Part shown: positions 37,106-48,153 of the stretch, one piece after another
How positions within the stretch are numbered: position 1 is the first letter of the stretch
Layout of the letters: every line of letters starts with the position of its first letter
DNA from: Macrostomum lignano
Lineage: Eukaryota
Assembly: GCA_002269645.1 (NCBI GenBank)
Contig: NIVC01000036.1
Coordinates: forward strand, 310,001-374,000
Direction: 5' to 3'
Length of the DNA stretch: 64,000 nucleotides
Notes under the pieces: model-generated
Databases searched by the model: none
Told to the model about the DNA's origin: nothing
What the model saw: only the letters and a program-made list of their open reading frames with translations
Position numbers and translations under genes: made by a program

Positions 37106-38998
37106 TTAATTTCGAATTTTTGAATATCGATCCGCCGGAGGGCTGCTGGCGTCGGTTGACTTGCCCTCGACGGTGGAGCAATCGGCCCCGTCTCGGCAGA
37201 CTCCTCCGTCGGCTCCAGTTAGCACGGATGAGCCTTCCGTGTCGCTGACGTAGTGCTCCATCCCGATGTAGTAGTTCGGCTGCAGCAGCAGTGGCGCCGC
37301 GCTGATCGCTACCAGATCCCTCGGCTGGAACGCCGCTTTCCACTTGCCGTTCGGGTGCCGGTCGAACATCACCGGCAAATATTCGTCAACTGCAATCAAT
37401 CGGCTCAATGGTTTTTGAGCGACGAGTTTCTCGGCACCTCGCTTAGTGAGGGCGTAGCCGAGGGTCCAGTAGGTGTAGGCAGGATATGTGAGAAACTCCG
37501 AGCCAGGTACCGCCTTCTCGTCCTCTGAGTACATGATCTTCCGTCCGAGGTACAGCAGCTCCCAGTCCGACTGCAGGCGATCTGCCTCCCTCACAGTTGC
37601 CAAGAGGCGCTCCTCAAAGTTCGGACCGAACCGGCCGTCGTCTTCCAGGACGAGAACTCGATTTAGCGTCGGATCGTTTGCCAGAGCCTGCCAGACAGCG
37701 TGATGGCTGAGGAAGCAGCCGACTTCGCCCATGGTGAGTCCCCGACCGTGGAAGGGGTCCGCGTACCCGTCCAAGGACTTGATCCCGTTTCGCTGCAGCC
37801 AGCTCGAGTTCAACCGGCGGCCGTCGACAGCTTCCAGATGCTTCCAGTCGAGTCCCAGCAGTGTCAGTGCGTACCGCATTCTTTCCAGACGATCTGGCCG
37901 CCTCGACAAATTGATGACGAATATCAGGTCGAAGCCCAGCTTCCTCGGAGGCCTTGATGGAGCAGCGTAATTGGCCAACGAAGCGACGGGTTGCCAGGAC
38001 TCGAGGCCGGCACGGTGATAGTGAAACTCCATCAGGGCGTGCTTGAACGCTCCAGCCTCCAGGTCGAGAACTGGCAGACTCTTGTCAGACAGCAAGCGCC
38101 TGTCGTCGAAGGTGGCGTAGACGCCAAACTGCAGACTGTTGTCCAGCACAGGCTGGATGCCCGCAGCTGCGGCAGCCCAGTGCATCAAAGGCAAGTCGTC
38201 AATGGGCCACTCGATCGGGTAGTTGCTGGGCATCGGATCGAACTTAAATCCGGAGCCAGCGCTGTCATCGTTCTGCAACGACAGCAAAAATGCCGAATGA
38301 ACAACGGCCACCGGGAAGATGCCGACGCGCCTTCGCCTCTGGATGTCAAGGTAGGTGTCAGATCGAAGGTAATAGCCAGTCTCGCGGTCGATGTCGCCCC
38401 AGAAGTTGGCACCAAAGCTCGCATCCGTGCTGCAGTTGAGCAGGGGAGCCAGCAAGCTCAAGTCCCTGCTGGTCAGGTGACGAAGCGTGTCGGGATGAGT
38501 GATCAACACGTCGGCGTCCAGGTAAAACACAAACTTTGAACCGTAGACTCGAGCCGACTCCAAGGCTAGCTGTCTAAGTCTCAGCACGTGACGAAAGCGC
38601 TCCTCGGTCCAGTCCAAGCCTTGAGTCTCTTCTTCGCCATCGAATTTTAGTGGAGACTCGCTTGCTCGGATTTCAATTCGCGCGTACCGTTGCAGATTGG
38701 CTCGCTGCCAGGTGTGCAGCAGTTGCAGACTCCTGTCTCTGCTGTGATCAACGAAGAATATCATAGACAGCCGGCTTGAGTTGTAGTTCTGCCGCTCGAT
38801 TCCAGCCAGCGAGTAGGGCAGAGCAAAGGCTTTGTTCCGGACCAGCACAGCAATGGTGACGTCCGGGTCTGGTGAACCGTCGGATTCGAATGAGTCATCG
38901 GAATGGCAGAGGCCAGGTGCAAATAGCAATACCAATAATATCGCTTGCAGCAGAATCATAGCAAACAAGTGAAGAAGACTGTTTTGAACAATAGGCAT
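37106..38998 (-). CDS. COLGALT1: Procollagen galactosyltransferase (COLGALT1/2, GT25 family), intronless, about 630 aa, nested in intron 2 of the coiled-coil gene
   Basis: Signal peptide after MPIVQ (alternative Met at 38959). Family motifs VTIAVLVRN, YLDADVL, NFWG, AVVHSAFL, FVINLSRRPDR, LTMGEVGCFLSH, VLEDD, WELLYLGRK, YTYWTLGY, SDTE. Confidence 0.93.
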   Translation of the reverse strand: MPIVQNSLLHLFAMILLQAILLVLLFAPGLCHSDDSFESDGSPDPDVTIAVLVRNKAFALPYSLAGIERQNYNSSRLSMIFFVDHSRDRSLQLLHTWQRANLQRYARIEIRASESPLKFDGEEETQGLDWTEERFRHVLRLRQLALESARVYGSKFVFYLDADVLITHPDTLRHLTSRDLSLLAPLLNCSTDASFGANFWGDIDRETGYYLRSDTYLDIQRRRRVGIFPVAVVHSAFLLSLQNDDSAGSGFKFDPMPSNYPIEWPIDDLPLMHWAAAAAGIQPVLDNSLQFGVYATFDDRRLLSDKSLPVLDLEAGAFKHALMEFHYHRAGLESWQPVASLANYAAPSRPPRKLGFDLIFVINLSRRPDRLERMRYALTLLGLDWKHLEAVDGRRLNSSWLQRNGIKSLDGYADPFHGRGLTMGEVGCFLSHHAVWQALANDPTLNRVLVLEDDGRFGPNFEERLLATVREADRLQSDWELLYLGRKIMYSEDEKAVPGSEFLTYPAYTYWTLGYALTKRGAEKLVAQKPLSRLIAVDEYLPVMFDRHPNGKWKAAFQPRDLVAISAAPLLLQPNYYIGMEHYVSDTEGSSVLTGADGGVCRDGADCSTVEGKSTDASSPPADRYSKIRN

Positions 38999-39604
38999 TG
39001 TTAGCCGCTGCCGTCTAGCTTGTGTTCCTGCTGCGATGCGTTCTGGAACTGCTTTCTGCAATACACCCCGGTAGTTCGATCCCTGACTTTTGTAGCCACT
39101 CTCTTCCTCTACGCATTCGAAGCCCGGAATGTGCGTCCGTCTGTCTGTCCGTCCGTTCGTTTCTTCCTTCAGTGACGAAGGCATACGACGTTTGATGCGC
39201 GCCAATCTTTGCCTCTTCCAGGACGAACGAGATGAATCGCTTTCGCACCCGTCCCTATCCGGGCAGGCAACCAGCCTTCCTCCTGCCCTCCAACCCTTCC
39301 TTCACCCCCAAAGTTGCGCGATGCACATGGCTACAAGTCGAGAGAGAGAGAGAGAGACAGAGAGAGAGAGGAACCAAAAGTCAGGCAAGCACAGCGGGTA
39401 ACAGACCTCAGTGCACATAGTTAGGCTTAATTTGTATGCACCTGAATGTCCATATAGGTGTTCTTAAAATTTCTGCTTGGGTCCGTAACCAACAAAAATA
39501 TCCTTTTGTTACAACATTAGATGTACTTAGTTCTTGTTTGAAATAATTATCGTTGTGTAGAATGTGTCATACTAAGGGAATTTTGTTGTACCCATAATTG
39601 TTGA

Positions 39605-39985
39605 GCATCGAACTCTAGATACTTTGGAGAATCGAACCCTAGGTACTTTGGAGAATCGAACCCTAGATACTTTGGAGAATCGAACCCTAGGTACTTTGGA
39701 GAATCGAACCCTAGATACTTTGGAGCATCGAACCCTAGATACTTTGGAGAATCGAACCCTAGATACTTTGGAGAATCGAACCCTAGATACTTTGGAGAAT
39801 CGAACCCTAGATACTTTGGAGAATCGAACCCTAGGTACTTTGGAGAATCGAACCCTAGATACTTTGGAGCATCGAACCCTAGATACTTTGGAGAATCGAA
39901 CCCTAGATACTTTAAGAATCGAACCCTAGATACTTTGGAGAATCGAACCCTAGATACTTTGGAGAATCGAACCCTAGATACTTTG
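39605..39985. repeat. 24-bp minisatellite GAGAATCGAACCCTAGATACTTTG, about 15 copies, between host exon 2 and COLGALT
   Basis: Direct. Confidence 0.95.
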
Positions 39986-40047
39986 GGCAATAAATCCCTA
40001 GATACCCGAAATTCGCTAACAATTAACGACAACAAAAAGCGACTCAC

Positions 40048-40530
40048 AGCATTAGTGAGCTGTTGGCACTCGCTTCTCAACTCGTGCTCTGCCGACTCTC
40101 GCATCTCCCTCTCCCTCTCGCGTTCCCTTTCTCGCTCCTTCTCTCGATCTCGCAGCTCTCGAACCCACTGCACGGCAGCGGCCAAGTTCGAAGGCGGCGG
40201 CGGTGGGGGCGGCGGCGCGAACATCCTCGGAGCGACAGGCGGCAGCGGTGGTGGCGGAGGAGGCGGCGGTGGCTTCAGATCTCCAAGGCCTAGTCTTCTA
40301 CTAGGAGCAGAAGACTTCAATGGCAGGCAAGGCTCCGAGGCGGCTGCAGCGACAGCTCTGTCAGATAAATCTGAGTCCTCTTCGTTGTCGGAAAAGGAGT
40401 TGACCGCCCTGGCCGAGTTGCTTTTTCGCTGTCGGTGCTGCTGTCGAAGGTAGCGCCTCCGGTGCGGACCCTGCTGGCTCCAGCCGACTCGAAGCAGCTC
40501 GTCTGTTCCGTCCGAATTTGGGGATTCGGC
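40048..40530 (-). CDS. Coiled-coil gene, exon 2 (161 codons; poly-Pro, start of coiled coil)
   Basis: Acceptor tttacgcag|GCC and donor GCT|GTGAGT. Open frame, phase 0 to 0. Confidence 0.75.
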
Positions 40531-40599
40531 CTGCGTAAATTATGTTAATTAGATTGGTTAATTTTCAGGGTTTGCTTGATTGGGCATTGTTCATGCGGA

Positions 40600-41095
40600 T
40601 TAGATATGGAATAGATATGGGTTAGATACTGGATAGAGACATGGACTAGATATGGGGTATATAAGGGTTAGATATGGATTAGATATGAGTTAGACATGGG
40701 TTAGATATGGGTTAGACATGGATTAGATATGGGTTATACATGGGTTAGATATGGGTTAGATATTGATTAGATATGGGTTAGACATGCGTTAGACATGGAT
40801 TAGATATGGGTGAGATATTAATTAGATAGGGATTAGATATGAGTTAGACATTGGTTAGATATCGGTTAGATATTGATTAGATATGGGTTAGATATTGATT
40901 AGATATGGGTTAGATATGAGTTAGACATGGGTTAGATATGGGTTAGATATGGGTTAGACATGGGTTAGATTTGGGTTATATGTGGATTAGATATTGAGTT
41001 AGATATGGGATAGACATGAATTAGATATGGAGTAGATATGGAGTAGATATAGGATAGATGTGGATTAGATATGGGTTAGATACGGGTTAGATACG
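40600..41095. repeat. About 11-bp degenerate array GGGTTAGATAT
   Basis: Direct. Confidence 0.9.
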
Positions 41096-41744
41096 GTCAG
41101 TGTGTATCCAGAACAAATCTCTCACTCAGCCTGATGAAGCGAATATTTTAATGAGAAAATTCAAAAGTGAAACTCACGCTTGCCTCACACTCGGCTCTGA
41201 ACTGCTAGATGCTAGAAACCTCATTCCCAACTCATCCCATTTTCTCCCATACTTCTATGAGCTTTGCCTTCCCTGCTCTCTTTAACCTCCCCTCGCCTCC
41301 CCCGCCCCGACAAAAGCCAATCAATATGGAGCTGCTGATGTCCAGGCGGCAGAGCAAAAATTAGCTCTGCAACTTGGGCTTCTTTTAGAAGCAGGGTACG
41401 GCTGTCTCGTTTCCGTAGCTCACCTCTCTCGTCTTTCTCGCCTCTCCCTCCCTCTTCCCTCTCTCCCAATTTTAGTCAACTGAGTCTCCCCTCCCTCTCC
41501 AGGTAGCACGCTGCTCTGGGAGGCATGGGGCTGAGTCAGCATCACGATTGCTGCTTTTTGCCAGTAGCCAATCAGCTTGGCCAGTCTGCGTGGCTTCTTC
41601 TGCTGATAGTACGGCAGTGTAAATATTGTAAACTTGCAATATCTGCCTTCCTTCGAAACGGAACCTATGTGCATGGTACTTGCAGCTTTGAATTCTCCCC
41701 CCTGAAGGTCGCAAAGTTTCTTCTATTGAAACTTCGCTCTCACG

Positions 41745-42080
41745 TCAAAGTCTCACTCCTAGACATGTCAAAGTCTAACCCCTAGAAATAACAAAGTCTC
41801 ACCCTAGACATATCAAAGTCTCACCCCTAGATATGTCAAAGTCTCACCCCTAGACATGTCAAAGTCTAACCCCTAGACATGTCAAAGTCTAACCCCTAGA
41901 CATGTCAAAGTCTCACCCCTAGACACTTCAAAGTCTCAGCCCTAGACACGTCAAAGTCTCACCCCTAGACACTTCAAAGTCTCAGCCCTAGACACGTCAG
42001 TCTCACTCCTAGACACGTCAAAGTCCCACTTCTAGACACGTCAAAGTCTCACCCCTAGACACGTCAAAGTTTCACCCTTG
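41745..42080. repeat. 23-bp minisatellite CTAGACACGTCAAAGTCTCACCC
   Basis: Direct. Confidence 0.92.
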
Positions 42081-42129
42081 ACACCCCATTCGCCATAAAT
42101 TCTCACTTCCTGAATCGCCTCAAACTCAC

Positions 42130-43212
42130 CCTTTCTCCGCCTGACTCTTTTTGCTCTTCTTTTGCAGACTCGCCTCCACCAGCACCACCGTCTTGACGCC
42201 GACGAAGCGACCTGCTCTGTCGATCTTGTCCGGGCGCGTCGCTCTCATGAAATTGCGACTTCGTGGAGCGAAATACCGGACGGCGGGATTGGGCAGAGTC
42301 GGCAGCAGGTGAGTTCTTGGACCGACTCGGCACCGATTCAGCAAAAGTTGTCGTCTTTGTCGTAGCGCGAGTTACCAGACTGGAGGCGCTAGGCAGCGGC
42401 ATTGTTGACGCCGTTGTCGACTGCTGCGTTTCCATGGTAACGATAGGTCGCGCGATCGGTTTTGTTGATCGATTTTCCGTTACCATAGAAACCAAAGGTC
42501 GCGATGAAGCTGATGATTTAGTCTCCAAGGCAGCTGGAAGTCTCGGTGGGGTTGATGAAGTTGTCGTCTCCATGACAACCGGCGATCGAGGCGTTGTTGA
42601 CGATGTCTTGGTCTCCATGACAACCGGCGATTGAGGCGTTTTTGACGATGTCTTCGTCTCCATGACAACCGGCGATTGAGGAGTTGCTGACGACGTCTTC
42701 GTCTCCATGACAACCGGCGATTGAGGAGTTGCTGACGACGTCTTCGTCTCCATGACAACCGGAGGTCTAGATGAAATACCGTTGTTAGTTTCTATGGCAA
42801 CTGCTGGCCTACTGGCAGACGATGACGTAACCTGACTCAGCAGCTCTCGCTTCAGACGCTCCCTCTCCTCTTTTAAAGCGGTAACATTATTGCTATCAGT
42901 CTTTGTAACACCTGCTGTGCCACCTACAGCGGTAGTGGTAGGAACAGGAGTCTGTCTTTTATTGGCTTCATCTTTTTCGCTCCGCCTTGCCAGCATCAGC
43001 TGCTCCGGATCGGGAAACGCCTGCCGAATATTGTCACCTGGCGGCATCTGTTTGATCTGCACCGACTGCGCATCGGAGCTGGCGGACTCTGCAGTGATCT
43101 GCTGCTGATTTTGCTTCGAAAGGTTTGTTGTTGCTGCTGTTAAAGACTTGCTTTGCTTTCTACGGTGTTGCAGAAACGAGTCCGGATCTGGCAGGCTAGC
43201 TTTGGTTGCCAT
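42130..43212 (-). CDS. Coiled-coil/low-complexity gene, exon 1 (361 codons, Ser/Thr-rich, five 15-aa repeats); a short upstream exon is possible
   Basis: ATG at 43212. Donor AGG|GTGAGT at 42130/42129, phase 0. A possible upstream exon MSANPT|GTGAGA near 43330-43350 could join in frame via ctgaag|AAA TTT. Confidence 0.7.
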
Positions 43213-43219
43213 AGGCAAC
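42428..43219. promoter_or_regulatory. Cluster of RFX X-box motifs inside coding exon 1 of the coiled-coil gene
   Basis: Eight matches to GTHNYY-AT-RRNAAC at 42428, 42479, 42566, 42611, 42656, 42701, 42746 and 42788. GTTGCC-ATA-GGCAAC at 43205-43219 overlaps the start codon. Function is inferred. Confidence 0.6.
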
Positions 43220-43599
43220 GAACGGGGTTGAAATTTCTTCAGAAACCAGTTTTGTAATCACGTGCGGTCGCTTGTGCCTTAAACTGGCCATTCTTATTTG
43301 AGTTAATATTTATACAACTGGCTCTCACTGTTGGATTGGCTGACATGGCTGCTGCAGATGTCAGTTGATTGTGCAAGACAGTTTGCCAAAAGCTGCACGG
43401 ACATATTTCTTTTGCGGGCTGCCTTTAGAATAGCGGCTCTGTGATTAGCGGATATTCAGCCAGCTTCACTTTGCCGAAAATTCACAACTCTAAAAGTGTC
43501 ACACTTCCGAACATTCACAACTCTAAATAATTCACAGCTCTAAATAAAAGCTTCAAATTGCCAAACATTCACAAACCCCAAAAGCTTCACACGGCCGAA

Positions 43600-43815
43600 A
43601 ATTCACAAACTCCGAAAGCTTCACATTGCCGAGCATTCACAACTCCAGAAGCTTCACATTGCCGAGCATTCACAACTCCAGAAGCTTCACATTGCCGAAC
43701 ATTCACAAACTCCAGAAGCTTCACATTGCCGAACATTCACAAACTCCAGAAGCTTCACATTGCCGAACATTCACAAACTCCAGAAGCTTCACATTGCCGA
43801 ACATTCACAAACTCC
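43600..43815. repeat. About 35-bp minisatellite CACATTGCCGAACATTCACAAACTCCAGAAGCTT
   Basis: Direct, about 6 copies. Confidence 0.9.
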
Positions 43816-44227
43816 AAACTTATTTATCACGAAAATTAATAAATAAAAGCAACATTAAGCACATAAAAAGTAAGATTTTAAGCCCCTTTGGCATCAAAAA
43901 TAAGAAATTTGTGACAAAAATTAATAAACAAAACACAATATAAATTTATTATGGTTCCATCATCATCAGTTTGCTGTTTAGCCTTCTGTAAAAAACACAA
44001 AGAAAAAGTAATATATTATTGCGGCACAAGAACTATTAGACTTAGAAACCTGTCACCACCAGAACGTGCAGGAGAAGAAAGATTGCAATAATTACAATCT
44101 TGTATACAAACAATTGCACAGAATATACGTATTATTGCATCAAATTGATGAAATCTGGTTCTTTATAATCGGTAGGTTGGCAAGCAGATGAGAATTGGAC
44201 ATTTTCAGAATAAAGGCTCTGAATGAG

Positions 44228-44825
44228 ATGCTGAAGGCCTGAATGTTAACCTGAAGGTCTGAATGTTAACCTGAAGGTCTGAATGTTAACCTGAAGACTT
44301 GAATGTTAACCTGAATGCCTGAATGTTAACCTGAAGGTCTGAATGTTAACCTGAAGACTTGAATGTTAACCTGAATGCCTGAATGTTAACCTGAAGGTCT
44401 GAATGTTAACCTGAAGACTTGAATGTTAACCTGAATGCCTGAATGTTAACCTGAAGGTCTGAATGTTAACCTGAAGATCTGAATGTTAACCTGAAGACTT
44501 GAATGTTAACCTGAATGCCTGAATGTTAACCTGAAGGCCTGAATGTTAACCTGAAGGTCTGAATGTTAACCTGAATGCCTGAATGTTAACCTGAAGGCCT
44601 GAATGTTAACCTGAAGGTCTGAATGTTAACCTGAATGCCTGAATGTTAACCTGAAGGCCTGAATGTTAACCTGAAGGTCTGAATGTTAACCTGAAGACTT
44701 GAATGTTAACCTGAAGGCCTGAATGCTAACCTGAAGACTTAAATGTTAACCTGAATGTCTGAATGTTAACCTGAAGGCCTGAATGCTAACCTGAAGGCCT
44801 GAATGTTAACCTGAAGGCCTGAGGT
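44228..44825. repeat. 20-bp minisatellite GAATGTTAACCTGAAGGTCT, about 30 copies
   Basis: Direct. Confidence 0.96.
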
Positions 44826-45394
44826 CTGAAGAAATCCACAGATTCAGGGTTGAAATCTCAAATTGCAGGCTTTCACATCAGACTCAATACAAGATTCAAC
44901 ACGCGAAATATACGATCATGTAAGCTTCTAAAGAAAAAATCAGGGATCACAGAAAACCAACAAGCTCAGCCAATAGATCTTCAGTTCTTTAAGGAATTCA
45001 ATTCTTCATTTCAATATTAAAAAGCAAGAAATTTTCTACTTTAGAATCACAAAAAACACGCATACAACAAAATAGAGTGCGTAAACAGACTGGAAGACAA
45101 TATTACTCAGGTAAAGTAAATACTTGCAAGTAGTATGTGAAGCAAAATTGCATTAAACATGTAATACAACAATAAATATGTAATTAAGGCTTTTATGCAA
45201 TATTCAAGGCAAGACCGATAGACTGAATAAGCCGGCAACCAAATAGCATGACAATACCATTGAAAACAATCGAGGAAAGCATGTATAAAATGTATGTTAA
45301 TGAATAAGAGTACTTTATTAAACTAGACCAAATGTTTTTATTAGAGTTTTCGTTAATAAACAGTTCAATATGGGACTAACGGCTAATTTATTTT

Positions 45395-46120
45395 TATCAC
45401 CTGATAATGTATCGAAAACTTATTTTCACATACAATCCAAAAGTTTGGAATTACCCGATATGTATCGAAAACTAATTCTGAAATACAAACCAAAAGTTTG
45501 TCTATTTCCCGATATGTATCGAAAACTAATTTTGAAATACAACCCAAAAGTTTGTCCATTACCCGATATGTATCGAAAACTAATTTTGAAATACAACTTA
45601 AAAGTTTGTCTATTACCCGATATGTATCGAAAACTAATTTTGAAATACAATCCAAAAGTTTGTCTATTACCCGATATGTATCGAAAACAATTTTGAAATA
45701 CAACCCAAAAGTTTGTCTATTACCCGATATGTATCGAAAACTAATTTTGAAATACAACCCAAAAGTTTGTCTATTACCCGATATGTATCGAAAACTAATT
45801 TTGAAATACAACCCAAAAGTTTGTCTATTACCCGATATGTATCGAAAACTAATTTTGAAATACAACCCAAAAGTTTGTCTATTACCCGATATGTATCGAA
45901 AACTAATTCTGAAATACAAACCAAAAGTTTGTCTATTACCCGATATGTATCGAAAACTAATTTTGAAATACAACCCAAAAGTTTGTCTATTACCCGATAT
46001 GTATCGAAAACTAATTTTGAAATACAACCCAAAAGTTTGTCTATTACCCGATATGTATCGAAAAGTAATTTTGAAATACAACCCAAAAGTTTGTCGATTA
46101 CCCGATATGTATCGAAAACA
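45395..46120. repeat. 54-bp minisatellite (TACCCGATATGTATCGAAAACTAATTTTGAAATACAACCCAAAAGTTTGTCTAT), about 13 copies
   Basis: Direct. Confidence 0.96.
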
Positions 46121-46292
46121 ACTTTCATACAGCTACATCTTGTTTATTACCCACCATGTATCTCGAAAGAATCCTATCAATAAAATTACTCTGTTGATTT
46201 AAATTTTATTCGATGTCCCGACATGTATCGAAAAGACGCATAGCTGAAGGAAATTTCTTTTAGGAGTTAATCAATAAGAGCAAAAGTTTTTA

Positions 46293-46591
46293 TTAGAACC
46301 CGCTACTTGCGCCCCCGTTGTCAAGGTAACGCAGTTTGCTGTAGTGCCGCCGGCTCCAAGCTTCGCACAGCACCCGACAGGAGAGCGCGGCCACCACCAA
46401 GGTGAAGGCGCAGCCGAATACCAGAGCGGCTGCCAGGCCACCCACTGTGCGACCCGCTGGCATGAAGCTGACGCTGACGTCCTCAGCGGCCGCCACGCCG
46501 ACAGCGGATGGCGACTTGCCCGCAGCCGCCACAGCTGACGGTGTTGGGCGAGTCGCGCCAGACTGAGATTGTTTCGAGGCGGATTCTTCGT
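46293..46591 (-). CDS. MANSC-domain protein, exon 4 (TM helix plus short cytoplasmic tail); about 522 aa total
   Basis: Acceptor attcaacag|AC. TM segment VGGLAAALVFGCAFTLVVAALSC. Tail RRHYSKLRYLDNG resembles the MANSC1-type YSRLDYLING motif. Confidence 0.75.
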
Positions 46592-46774
46592 CTGTTGAAT
46601 AAGTTAAATGATGAAAAAGTAAACGTCATTTTTCTGCATTATACTACTGAAAGTAGGCTAGTTGCCAACACTGACAAGATGCACAGAAATACTGCAGCGT
46701 GTACGGGGGTTAAATAGATTGGCCGGGTCACTTTAGGGCACGGAGGGTTATAAGGGTCATCTAAAGACACGTAT

Positions 46775-47715
46775 GGACATTCGGGAGCACTCAAGGACAC
46801 AGGGGTATCGGGGTCACTTAAGGACACAGGGGTATCGGGGGCACTTAAGGACACAGGGGTATCGGGGTAACTTAAGGACACAGGGGTATCGGGGGCACTT
46901 AAGGACACAGGGGTATCGGGGTCGCTTAAGGACACGTAGAGGTATCGGGGGCACTTAAGGACACAGGGGTATCGGGTCACTTAAGGACACAGGGGTATCG
47001 GGGTAACTTAAGGACACATGGGGTATCGGGGTCACTTAAGGACACGTAGAGGAATCGGAGTCACTTAAGGACACAGGGGTATCGTGGGCACTTAAGGACA
47101 CGTAGAGGAATCGGAGTCACTTAAGGACACAGGGGTATCGTGGGCACTTAAGGACACAGGGGTATCGGGGTAACTTAAGGACACAGGGGTATCGGGGTAA
47201 CTTAAGGACACAGGGGTATCGGGGGCACTTAAGGACACAGGGGTATCGGGGTAACTTAAGGACACGTAGGGGTTATCGGGGTCGCTAAAGGACACGTAGA
47301 GGTATCGGGGTCACTTAAGGACACAGGGGTATCGGGGTAACTTAAGGACACATGGGGTATCGGGGTCACTTAAGGACACGTAGAGGAATCGGAGTCACTT
47401 AAGGACACAGGGGTATCGTGGGCACTTAAGGACACGTAGAGGAATCGGAGTCACTTAAGGACACAGGGGTATCGTGGGCACTTAAGGACACAGGGGTATC
47501 GGGGTAACTTAAGGACACAGGGGTATCGGGGTAACTTAAGGACACAGGGGTATCGGGGGCACTTAAGGACACAGGGGTATCGGGGTAACTTAAGGACACG
47601 TAGGGGTTATCGGGGTCGCTAAAGGACACGTAGAGGTATCGGGGTCACTTAAGGACACAGGGGTATCGGGGTAACTTAAGGACACGTAGGGGTATCAAGG
47701 TCGCTTAAGGACACT
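46775..47715. repeat. About 25-bp minisatellite CACTTAAGGACACAGGGGTATCGGG with an internal 334-bp duplication (MANSC intron 3)
   Basis: Direct. Identical ORF translations at 47092-47295 and 47426-47629. Confidence 0.95.
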
Positions 47716-48153
47716 GAAAACAAAACCCCAGTGACTACTCACAAGTAGAGAAGCAGGTAGTGAATTTATAATTCATTAAAATTACGGTGGGACAGCAAAA
47801 ATTGTCTAAAAAAGTCAAAAGTTCATAAATAATTTCAATCTCAATCACCGTCACAATCTTAACTAAAAATTATTGCATTTACAGGGTTAAAATTCCTTTG
47901 TTATCATGCTAATAGTCTTCGATAAACAGTCAGAAAAAATATAATTTGGGTATAAAAAATTTGGTTTGCGATCATGGAATACGCTGGACTTCAATGAACC
48001 AAACTTAAATAATGAAATACTTATATAATATACTATCAAATTAGCTTTCAATCATAATGAGTTTGCTTTAATGTCAAACCAATTAACTAAATAGTTATTG
48101 TGATGCATTGCAACTAGGATAATTTATTGTGTTAACAAAAACGATAGCTTTAC

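Noticed and set aside
39000-39205. N-terminal 69-codon extension of the COLGALT ORF in the track
   Set aside because: It starts at TTG and would bury the signal peptide; MPIVQ (38998) or MILLQ (38959) is the more plausible start.
40600-41095. Telomere-like GGGTTAG array
   Set aside because: The unit is GGGTTAGATAT (11 bp), not (TTAGGG)n; an ordinary intronic minisatellite.
41131-41180. Hammerhead-like CTGATGA...GAAAC
   Set aside because: Stems I and II cannot be formed. A second near-match at about 51318 (CTGACGA-GAG...CTC) lacks the GAAA core.
41220-41790. Several short ORFs in intron 1 of the coiled-coil gene
   Set aside because: Exon 1 joins exon 2 in phase without them, and none has a recognisable motif.
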